Of a stretch of DNA of 64,000 nucleotides, positions 1 through 13,000 are shown piece by piece. Source of the DNA: Bugula neritina (taxonomy: Eukaryota > Animalia > Bryozoa). The notes beneath the pieces are model-generated. The model saw nothing but the letters and a program-made list of their open reading frames with translations. It had not been told where the DNA came from and did no database searches. Every line of letters begins with the position of its first letter. Position 1 is the stretch's first letter. The DNA lies in contig OZ037773.1 in assembly GCA_964035545.1 (NCBI GenBank), forward strand, positions 4,989,751-5,053,750, written 5' to 3'. A program made the translations under genes and the position numbers.

Positions 1-1002
1 TGAAATTTTTAATAGGCTTTGGTCTCTTTTTAGTAAAGACATTTCAACAGTTGCTGATAGCCTCTCAAAGAGAAGGTTGACAAAATTTAATGAAAGAATT
101 ACTACTATCAAACACTGACAGCTAGAGTATGCACTACGTAGTCAGACAGCTTTCAGCTGAACGTTATAAATCACGGCTAACTCCAAGATAGTCACACATA
201 TGCATGCTTTCAACTTGTCCCCAACCTAATGTCTCGCATCTGTCAGCTTGCTGCAAATTATTAACAAAAATCTAAAATGTGCCGACGCATATCTTCATGC
301 ATGTGAAAAAATTAACCTACAAGTTAATGTTTCACATCCATAGGAAGCTAAAGGTATGGCTTGTAGTGACTAAGCAAAAGAAAAATAGGTTTTCTATAAA
401 AAATACTTAGGCTAATTCCGATTTATAACAAAAATCATGAAAAAGGTTTGAAATAAAATAATTTAGAGGTCAACAATTCTTTAAGGATAAATGCAGAAGA
501 TTGCATCATAGAGAGTAGACATGCATGTAGATGATTAAATGTTAGACATGAGAGATAAAGACTAAACCAATGACTAGAATTCGAAGAAATATACCCATGA
601 CTTAGAAATCAAACGTAAAGTATTTAGAAGATATGATGCAATTTCACAACATCATACTTGAACAAATGTTAATATCGTGTAAAGGAAAGGGTGCATATTA
701 CAACTTATACAAATCTTCTATCTCAAAAATCAGTATTTTAACAAAATAAAGGAATGCATTTGTTAAATAAATTTATTTTGGTACTCATTAAAATTTTAAA
801 AAAATGTTAGATAACAATTTGAATAACAAAAAACATATAATCACATGCATTGGCCTAAGATCAATTTAAATAGTGGAAAAAATTTAAAAACTGGAAAGTA
901 TTGCAAAATGAGTGGCTTGTAGTCTGAGTAACACACCAACGCAGGTAGTCAGGTGAGACCGGACCTACCTGCGTACCTGCGCGGTGAACTACTGTCATAT
1001 TA

Positions 1003-4000
1003 CTAGAGCATTTTCCGTATCATATAGTTTAGGATTCCGCCATTCCGGAAATATTCTAATTCTACTTCTGTGTCAAACCTGGCCAGCACTTGGAACTCCT
1101 TGCCAGAGTTTACCTGCAGAAGAAATATTCCACACCAAAATAAAGGAGGAGTTGTAGAGAAAACAATACACTGTGGATCTATAAAAAATATTTAAGTAAA
1201 TCTGAAAATTGCATTTAAACTTAAAAATATGTTTATATATTTAAGGCAGCAGCGTATGGGTACATAAAGATGGCAGCATTGAGTATATAACTTATCATGT
1301 TACTTTAAAATATAATATTACAACTATTAATTCCCATTATTTCAGAAATGTAATAATATAGGTTACGTAATACACCAGCACATTTAGTTTGTGGCTCATC
1401 TTAAATCAGAAGTTGTGAGATCGCAGGACAGGAATGAAACTAGGTGTTATTTCTCTTGAGTGTTAGCAGACAACACAAATTAGTTCGCGCAGCCATCTCT
1501 GTACTAGAACTATAATTAGCTCAGATCTTATTAGGATATTACCTTGACAGTGACCAGCTGACCAGTGGTCAAGTCTTTAGGAATGTGAATGGAGAACTGC
1601 TCTTTACCAGTTAGCCCGAGTGACTCTGCCGTGTCACCTGACTGATACTGGAGAGGGATAAGGCCCATCCCCACCAAGTTACCTGTGCAAAAGTAAAGAT
1701 TAGAGGCTATATAATCTCAGTTGTTCAATGTTGAAATTGTGAGCTATGCAAATTGTATTCTGACTAGGAATGCTATAATGAAAGCCGCTAATAAAATTAA
1801 TTCCGAGATAGGATAATTTGCAGTATTGCAGAGCATAAATCACATTATGCAATACTTTCAATGTGAAACAGCAAAAAGCGTTACATGTAACTGCATGAAT
1901 AAAAATCTCAGACTGAGAAAACTGTCAACTGTAAAACATTGACAGCTTGCAGCTCTACTTACTTCTGTGGATTCTCTCGTAACTCTCAGCAATAACAGCT
2001 CTCACACCCTGGAGGAAAGGACCCTTAGCTGCCCAGTCACGGCTACTTCCTGATCCGTACTCTTTGCCGGCGAGTATGATGACCTGATTGTCCTCCGACT
2101 TGTATCTCTCGGCAGCATCAAACACGTCCATCTGCAACACAACACACACTACTGCATACAGTACAGCATACAGTATACACTACACACTACTGTATACAGT
2201 ATACATTACAGCATACAGTATATACAATATACACTACACACTACAGTACATACAATATACACTACACACTACAGTACACAGTACACACTACGGTATACAG
2301 TACACACTACGGTATACAGTACACACTACGGTATACAGTACACACTACGGTATACAGTACACACTACGGTATACAGTACACACTACGGTATACAGTACAC
2401 ACTACATTATAGTACATACTACGGTATACAGTACACACTACGGTACACAGTACACACTACGGTACACAGTACACACTACGGTACACAGTACACACTACGG
2501 TACACAGTACACACTACGGTACACGGTACACAGTACACACTACGGTACACAGTACACACTACGGTACACAGTACACACTACGGTACACAGTACACACTAC
2601 GGTACACAGTACACACTACGGTACACAGTACACACTACGGTACACAGTACACACTACGGTACACAGTACACACTACGGTACACAGTACACACTACGGTAC
2701 ACAGTACACACTACGGTACACAGTACACACTACGGTACACAGTACACACTACGGTACACAGTACACAATACGGTACACAGTACACACTACGGTACACAGT
2801 ACACACTACGGTACACAGTACACACTACGGTACACAGTACACACTACGGTACACAGTACACACTACAGTACACAGTACACACTACACATTACAGTACACA
2901 GTACACACTACAGTACACACTACGGTATACAGTACACACTACAGTATACAGTACAGTACACAATACAGTGCATACTGCAGTTGACACTACATTATACACT
3001 ACGGTATACACTGCATGCTACAATATACACTAAACCAAACAGCATACATTATAGCATACACAACACACTCAACAGTATACACTATAGTCTATACTCTATA
3101 AACTATACAATCAGTATACAGTATAGACTACACTAAACTACACTAAAGCTGTTACACTAAAATACTACAGCTACTACAATACAGATACTACACTACAGCT
3201 ACTACAATACATATACTACAATACAGATACTACACTACATATACTACACTACAGCTACTACAATACATATACTACACTACATATACTAGACTACATATAC
3301 TACAATACAGCTACTACACTACATATACTACACTACATATACTACACTACATATACTACACTACATATACTACACTACATATACTACACTACATATACTA
3401 CACTACATATACTACACTACATATACTACACTACATATACTACAATACAGATACTACACTACATATACTACACTACATATACTACAATACAGCTACTACA
3501 CTACATATACTACACTACATATACTACACTACAGATACTACACTACATATACTACACTACATATATTACAATACAGCTACTACACTACATATACTACACT
3601 ACATATACTACACTACATATACTACACTACATATACTACAATACAGATACTACACTACATATACTACACTACATATACTACAATACAGCTACTACACTAC
3701 ATATACTACAATACAGATACTACAATACATATACTACACTACATATACTACACTACAGATACTACACTACATATACTACACTACATATACTACAATACAG
3801 ATACTACACTACATATACTACACTACATATACTACAATACAGCTACTACACTACATATACTACAATACAGATACTACAATACATATACTACACTACATAT
3901 ACTACACTACAGATACTACACTACATATACTACACTACATATACTGCATTACATAGTGACTACATACAATTGTCAATGTCTTATGAGACAGAAAAGAGCA

Positions 4001-7000
4001 GCTGTTATAAACGTAGATGTGACTATATCGATGCAATTCAGGTCAGGTGATTACCTCATCTCCACTGGGCACGTGCGTAGTCTTGGGGCCGGATTTAGAT
4101 GCCAGCTTGTTGACGAGTCTGATGTTAGCAAAGGTTCCTCTGGCCATGATGTCATCATTACCACGTCTCGCTCCGTATGAATTGAAATCTTTGGGAGTCA
4201 ATCTAAAGAGTAACCAATCATTCAATAAAATAAAATACCACAACAAAACTGCAGTAAAATCGTAGAATGAAGTGAAAAAGCATTTCTATCTCCAGACATA
4301 TAATAGCCGAGTTTAAAGTTTTATTAAATCGAAATTCAAGATCTAAATAATAGATCATATAACCATTATAGAGCAAATCCAGAGAGTTGATTGATATGGA
4401 AAAACATATGCCATGGCATTTTTATTGTCAGCTCCGGACCCCCAAAAATTGCAAATTATATTATAAAAATGAGGATTCAAATCAGTATTTAATTGGTATG
4501 CTTGCAACTAATTTTATATTTAAATTTACTAGATCAAATTTTATAAAGCAATCCTACTCCAGCTCAAAACTCAGACTACTCAATACATGATCAATCCACT
4601 ACTAGAGTATTCCACTAAAAAGAATACTTCACTAACTAATAGAGAGAAAGGTGCAGATTTGTAACATAATCAATAAGTAATGTAAAGTTGTTTGAAGTAC
4701 TAGGACATTGAGTTTTAACTGTTTACACAACATATTAGCAACCAACCCTTTACTAGCAAGATATCTGGCAGCAGGACTAGTCCTAGCGATACTTCCTGCA
4801 GGTGAAATGTGGTCAGTGGTAACAGAGTCTCCTAGATTGAGGAGAGCGTATGCATTCTCTACCTGCCTGAATCCTGGGGCATCTTTAGTCTAGGAGATAA
4901 AATACAGTCCTGTCACATACTTCTTCAAACAACTGAGGAAGCAAAAGAATTATTAACAGAAACTCAAACGACCCAACAGAATTATTCGCTAAGACTCTGT
5001 GGAATTTTATTGGTCAGATTTGAACCCCAAAATCACACAATTTATTTTATAATGCACATAATTCTATATTACATCATGTGATAGAAACATGCCAGTTTTT
5101 AATAAACAATAAACATGTTGAAAGAATTTTCAAAAAATATGAACTATGTTGAGTTTTCTGGAAGCAAAGGCACTTTGAAAACAATTGGCTGAAGCTTGAG
5201 ACACTATTCGTTCAGTAGGATGTGAAGAAAAGGATTTGCTCCTCACTAAAAACAGAGCCACACAACAACCTGCCAAACACATTACATCACCTTTCACTAA
5301 CAGCTTACATGACTATTTCACAGCTGATAATGTCAAATAAAATTATCAGCTAAATAGATCATGTGACCCAGCTTTATCAGCCTTGTCTACCATGTGAATG
5401 GTGCTAAGTACTAAACAGATAGCACCCACTAACTACAGCAAGAATACATGAATTGTCAAAGTTATTTGTTAAATTTCTCACACAATTATTCAATGCATTT
5501 CTATTTTAGCACCGAAACAATGCAAGGCATTACTGTAGGGTCTAAATTTGTGTTGCTTTTCAGACTTTAAGACTAAATTTTAATTATAAATCATTACACA
5601 CAATGAAAGTTACTATATTATATTAATAACTTGTTAAAAATTGTGTTGTTATTCAGAAATTAAGACTAAGTTGAAAATTACACATCATTCTGTCTGGAGA
5701 AAGTGACTATATATTCACAACTTCTGCGTTCTATGAACATATTGCAATGTCCTCAAGTAAACTAGTACTACCCACTAGTGTGTTTGATACAGAGACAAGA
5801 ACCAAGGCTATTACCATGTTGTCAAAGAAAGGCGGGCTCTTGATGTAAGTTGAGGAGACGTCCCATGGATACAGCTGACTAGACGGCACGGCTAGGCTGT
5901 TCCACTTCTCATTCCCAGCCTAAAGGTAATATAACAAGAATTATTATAATATAATATAATAATATATATCAATAATTAACTACCACAGTATTGTATTAAA
6001 TATTTAGCTGGAGAGCTCAAAGTAATATTGAAAACGTCTGTTATTAAGAAAAGATATCAAAAGGGCAAACTTTATTTTCAAGAGTTGTCTTCTACTGCCA
6101 CTTAATTCAGAACATGCACCAGTATCATTACTTATTATAATCCTTGCTTTATGCAAGTTTGTCAAATAACCAGCAAGACTCAATTGCTGAAGTCCCAGAC
6201 CATTTCAATTTATAAATAAAACTGACGAGTTATAAGGTTTGCTGTATCTGACAAGGAAACTATTGATATGAATGCGTTATTATAGAGGAACAAACTATGT
6301 AATCAATACACATATTATATAAGAATTTAAATTAGCCTCTTCAAGTCTTTTTGTACAGAGTTCTCCTAGGTAAAGAAGATAACTCTTAAAAGTTTAATAA
6401 TTGAATCACAACTTTTTAATGAAAAATGGCTAGCTGGGAGAACTGCTAGCTGGAAGAAGAGCTAGCTGGGAGAAATACTAGCTGAGACAAGAGCAAGCTG
6501 TGACAAGAGCTAGATGAGATATTCCTGTGACAATGTAGACTCACCGTGATAGAGCCGTATACTTTGTTATAAAGAGCTGGCACTATGACTCTCTTCTCTA
6601 CGTCCTGAATCTGCTCTCTCGTAGGCCAGATATCTCTCAGGAAGACTGGCTTACCATCTGGACCCTCACCTAATACCATTGAAAGACAATCGTGGAAAAT
6701 TGGTTACAGTTACACAAGCCTATTTTATATTGTCCGTATTACTATTTTGTATATAGTATTACTGTATATATAATACAATTATGGTAAAATGTGCTTTAGT
6801 ACTACTATACTACACATAGTAATAATATATACATATTATTACTATGTATACCATAGTTCAACTATTTATAAATTTACTATCTATAATAGTATAACTATTT
6901 AGTATGAACTATGTATATATAGCTATACAATATACATAGTAATACTGTATACACAATGGTATAGTTACACGACAATATACTTTATATATAGTAATACTAC

Positions 7001-10000
7001 ATCATACATAATAATATAGGATAGTATTGTTACACTAGACTACAATATATGCTGCATACACAATATAATATCATAGTATAGTATGGTTACACCACACTAC
7101 AATATATAGTAACACTATATACAGTATACTGTAGTACCTAGAGGAGTTTTCTCAAAGTCTATAGAGACAGTTCCAGCAAGAGCATAGGCTACGACTAGGA
7201 GAGGAGAGGCTAGGTAATTAGCTCTAGTCAAGGGGTGAATACGTCCCTCAAAGTTTCTATTACCAGACAATACTCCACAGGTTACCAAATCACCTGAACA
7301 CAACAGAGAATATCATGGGCACATCTTTACAAATATAATTGTTGACTGCAACCAGCTGATCATCTAATTCTTAGCTATGTGGTGCAGATAATGAGATGAC
7401 TACTATCCAATAGTTTTTTCCCTAAACAAAATGAAGCAACAAATCAAAGCATATATAGAAAAGTATTTTCAAAACAACTGATTAATGAGCATTAAGTGAT
7501 AAAACATGATATTTTCAGTATAATACAACTGATACATCACACTGGGGAAAGGGGTTGCTAGAAAGACAAACCTTTCTCAATAGCCTCGCTGACAGGATCG
7601 GGCAGAGGGCCGGAGTTGCCTATGCACGTCATACAGCCGTACCCAACAATGTCAAACCTACAACAGACGGTTATCAGACTATATAGCTACAAAACACTGT
7701 GTGCGGCGCTACTTAATCTCACACACATGTACATGAATTGAAAGGCTTGGGAGCAGTTTCAAAGATTTAGTTAAAAAGACGGTTTCTAAACTGCATGTGG
7801 GTTTGTGAGCTATAAAACTGTTTATCATCAACAAGCTTGTCCCTGCTTATGTTTAACACAAACAATTCGCTACGATCTTTCTAACCAACATTTTAGTATA
7901 TCCACATGAGTGAGGAACCTATTTTAGACAAACAGACAGAGCTAGAAACTAAACCTAGATAAACACGACATCACATTTAATTTGCAAAATAAATATGCCT
8001 CTAATTAATAATTCACGGATATGATATGTTTAGTTTATAATTTAGACTATTGGTGAACTTAAAATATTTTATCAAATTGAATGAGTGAAGTTCTGGAAAA
8101 TACAGACGTAACATTTTGTCCAATAGGAACAGAGATCATCCAATAGGTTCATCACTTGTAATTTGAGAAAACAAAATCGAAACTAGCTCGATTTAGCTAC
8201 ACAAATTTCACCAGTATTTTTGCCAACTGTCACAAAACGAAAAAGAAGCTCCACAATTAAACTTCAACTTTAAACTCAAGAAAAATATTATTAAAAACTA
8301 ACGGTGCACAAACTACTAGAATATTGTGAATAAAGTACCCGAGTTTCTCCATGAAGGGAGTGACTCCACTTTCATTGAGGTAGTAAGTTACCACCCCGCT
8401 TCCGGGACTCAACGAGGTCTTGATATAAGGCTTCACCCCTAAACCCTTCTCTACAGCATTCTTAGCCATCAAACCTACAACCAACATATGAATACTGTAC
8501 GAGTTATTTGATATATATATAAACACCACCCAACCCTGACCAACTATTATGAGGGAAGGCTAAACAGAAGGCCTTTCTTGGCATTTACAATCTAACAAGG
8601 TCATTTAGCTGAGCTTGCAACAGACAAGTTACTGCAGATGTGACAGACTATTGTATCATAGCATTCTCATCTATACTTACACACTTCTACAGGAACCTAA
8701 AACCAGTGCTTTTATTAACAGAAAAGCTAGAATAGTACAACTCCATTACCAGTTGTCACAGAAGTTATGTTAAACATTAGAAATACACACACTCGAGAAT
8801 CTATAGATACTTGATGTAAAGGGCAGACAACTACACAAGAACACACTACATTTACATCAAGATATCTACACAAACTCTGTACAATAATCCCATAGACCGA
8901 CCTGCGCCCAACATAACCGACGGGTTGCTGGTGTTGGTGCAACTAGTAATGGCAGCTATGACAACGTCTCCGTGTGCCAGAGTATACTCCTGTCCCTCGT
9001 ACACAAATGGCACTCTTGTAGACTGCTTTTCTGATGGTATAGCAAACCCCTGTAAAAACAAAAGAGTGTAGTAAACCCCTATGATAACGAGGAGTGGAGT
9101 GAACCCCCTATGATAACAAGGAGTGTAGTGAACCCCCTATGACAACAAGGGGTGTATGAATCCCCTCCAAATCTCTTACAACAAAAAATGTAGCCAGCTC
9201 AGTAGAGATGAAAATAGCACATACCTGCAATAAAAAGGCCTTAAGGAGTCGTGAAAAACTAATCAAATGGTAGAAAATATTTAGATCAGATGTGTACAAA
9301 CAATAGCATAGCTATGTTGTTAACTTGCTTGGTAGGAACTAGATTTGTTACTCAAACATTGTGAGGGTCACTAGGAAAGCCCCAACACCACCGTAGCCTG
9401 AGGCCCATACGCTGTGGAGCTTACTGGAGACATTGCCTTACCTTGAAGCCGATCTTATTGTTGAGGCAGCTGTTAAAGTCTGACATCATTTCCGACACTG
9501 GCACCTTGTCGTGGGGCCGTTTGGGTCCAGAGCAGCATGGGACAACAGAAGACAGGTCCAACTCTACTACCTGCAACAGTACCTTCCTATTGTATGTATT
9601 CTATACTGTACAGTACCTACAGTAGCTCTTACTAGGACTATTCTATGAGTGATGTGTATTCAATCAGAAAATAGATAGCAATACCTCACAGATTGCTGAA
9701 ACGTTTCAGCTTCGATTCTACTTCATAGTTGTATCATAATAAAATTTTACAGTAGGGAGCTTTAATAATATGTTCAGTAAGATGTTCTCATATTTCTTAG
9801 GAATAGTTTAAGAGGCTAAAATCTTGAAAAAACATTATCTAAGAATGCTATCCCCTAAACTAAATACAAGTAAAACTCAACAGTTTCATCTCTTTTTTAT
9901 GTAGAAATTATATGTTTCAAACATTGATGTTATTTCATATTAAGAGAATAATTTTCCACTGAGGAATAAAACATCCAGCTAATTGTAATATCTACAGAGA

Positions 10001-13000
10001 GCCCACCTTGCTGAACACCGGGTCCTCTCCACTATTGGTGTAGTCTCTAAACATACGGTTAGCTTTCAGATACGCCTCAATATACGCCACTTTCTCCGCG
10101 TCTCTACCTGCAGCGTATATACACAGACTACGCTGTGACATCATACCAGGTCTAATAGTCAGCTTACCACAGAAGAGTACAGAAAGTGAGGCAGAGAGAA
10201 AGTTGCACAATTACAGCATGTAGCAGAGTGGACAGGACTTCATGTATCTTAGAGTTACGGGCAGGCGACCAGCCAGCCCCCAATTGAACTTAGAGAAATC
10301 AGATTCAATGCAACTGTGCAACAAGTCAATAGCAAAGTTTGGAAATTTTTTCACCATAGCATGTATATAGCTGCTACTTATAGTATTGAAAAAATTGACA
10401 GACCTGTCTGGTTGAGGTAGGAGATGGTGGCAGTGTCAGGAGGGAAGTATCCTACGGTAGCCCCGTACTCTGGACACATGTTGGAGATGGTGGCTCTATC
10501 AGCCAATGAGAGAGCGGCTACACCGGGGCCAAAGAACTCCACAAACTTTCCCACAACTCCGATCTGTCGCAAGTGCTACATCAACAAACATATTCAGTAT
10601 AGACCTTCAGTTAAACCTACTGTTTCAAACTCACATGTTTTCGGTAGAAATTCAAATCAACTTACCTACACAATAACTAAACAATGATTACAAACACTTC
10701 TATACATAAGCTTATATAAGCATTTTAGACTTTGGTTACAATGCAAGTTTTCCAACAAAAAATGCATTTTGGCTACACGAGAGCACAACTTCAAAAATAA
10801 TAAACAATTAAATGTTTAGAACAATATTTAGTCAAATATAAAGTTCAATCAATTTAAAAGAATAAAGCTCATTGATTTGAATTTAGCTGTAAATCCAAAA
10901 AAATTAGCCCGATTACCACAGAGTAGAACGTAGACTGGGTACCAGAGAACTAACCTTGGTGATGGTGAGCACGACATCTGTGGAGGTCGACATGGGGTCA
11001 AGGTTACCGTGTATCCTGTAACCTATGACCTCTGGCAGCACCATGGAAATAGCCTGTCCCAACATGACAGCCTCCGCCTCAATACCTGTTAGCAAAACAT
11101 AACATCAGTTAGGGAAGGTGAAAACTTGTCCTTGTGAGAAACCCCTGATGGAAAGGGTCTTTTTTAAATTGGGCTAAGGACTTATTCATATGTGACAAAG
11201 GAGCAATTAATTATAAATGGATACTCTTCTTAACATCACCAATGACCTTTGTCAGGGTTGGAACCCATGACTTTGTGTTTACTAGGCAAACACTCTAACC
11301 CCTAGACCAGGAGTGCTGAACTTGATGGGCATAAAGTGATATTAAAAAAAACATCAGTAAAAAGTCAAGATTTGTTCACAAATTCGATATAAAGTTTCTA
11401 CACAATGTAAATATAAAGAATATAGAACAAATGAATACCATAGAACAAAGATAATATAAAAAACATGAAAATATGCAACACATTAGACTAAGACTCATTC
11501 TTACACTTTGTGAGACTCCAACCCTTGGAATGTATGCCAGTCACAAGCTATAATTAACTTCATAAAGTTACATTGTAAACATCAATTTCACAAACATATA
11601 ACATGTTTAACTTATCTTATTAGCTGGACTGTTGGAGTGACACCCAGCAAATTAAAACCGGTTTCGATTTACTAAATATACAAATTACATAGACATACAC
11701 AGTGGTATAGTATAGTATAGTATAGACATACACAGTGGTATAGAAGGATCTGTTTATACAAAACATATTATTAAGGTGTGTATAACACTCGAGTACAAAA
11801 CCTTATAGTGGCTTTCTAGAAGATTCCAACATGATGGGAATTCTCATCAACAACTAAAAACCTCTCATATCTATTCTAGAAGGTTCCAAACACATGACTC
11901 ACCGCCAACGCCCCAACCAACGACACCGAGGCCATTTATCATAGTAGTGTGGGAGTCAGTGCCCACTAAGCTGTCTGGATACAGCCAATCATCTTCACAG
12001 AACACCAGGCGAGCCAGGTACTCCAAATTCACCTGCAAAGTTTCAACACCATTGCTATGATAGCGGCTATCAGCACATTTGTAGGTTACAGGGTTCTGCC
12101 AGGTATTGTTTCTCACCATATTCAAAACTTATTGCCATGATGTTTCAACTTGTTTTTCATTATTTTGCTCAAAAATTAACTAATATTTTAGGAAGTGAAG
12201 ATTATTCTCATTAAATGAGATCCACAATATCTTTCTCGACTGTAAAAAGGTATATATACTGTACACTGTAACATTATAAACATAGCAAAGACCATTTTAT
12301 AACAGTTTAGGAGTTACTTCCACATCATATTAATTATACAGTAGTTATGTAGAAGCAGTCCAGATAAATGCTAAAAATATACATCTTTAGCCTATGCAGC
12401 TGCATTTAATACTAAACATATTTTATGGATCATCACTTTTTTACTTAAGAAAAAAATCCGAATTATTTCAATCTACTTTCCATAAATATGTTGTCAGAAA
12501 AATTCTTTCTATGTTAAAGGAGGCCAAAGGCGTTGTACAGACACATGTGAAGCTGAAGTATACTGTTTTCAGCCCATTATAGAGTAGAATATATATTTAG
12601 ACTGTACAGAAAGCTGTGCTGAGTAGAACTAATAAGTCTTATGCCCAAAAGAGATACAAAAAGATGATGGTGGTAGGCAAACCTCTGATAGAGCACCCAG
12701 CAGGTTTGTATTGAAACACAGTGCAGTCAGGTATGCTGGTATGAAGGCAACTTATTATAACAGGTATCATAGTTACACAGGAAACGGGTTTGAGAGACCG
12801 GTATATCCGTTCATATGTGACATCAAATCAGCATACATTTCATACTAGGCCAGCAACAGCCTCGACTCTGTATTTCAGTACAGCAGTGAATGCAAAATAA
12901 TTTACTCTCACACAAGTTTATAATCACCATTCCTGTGAGAACCCCTGATAGAAAGGATTTTTGTTAAAGTGGGCTGAGAACTTATTCATATGAGGCACAG

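Noticed and set aside
2088-2984. 298-aa His/Thr/Tyr-rich ORF
   Set aside because: It is the translation of a 19-bp minisatellite, antisense within an ACO1 intron.
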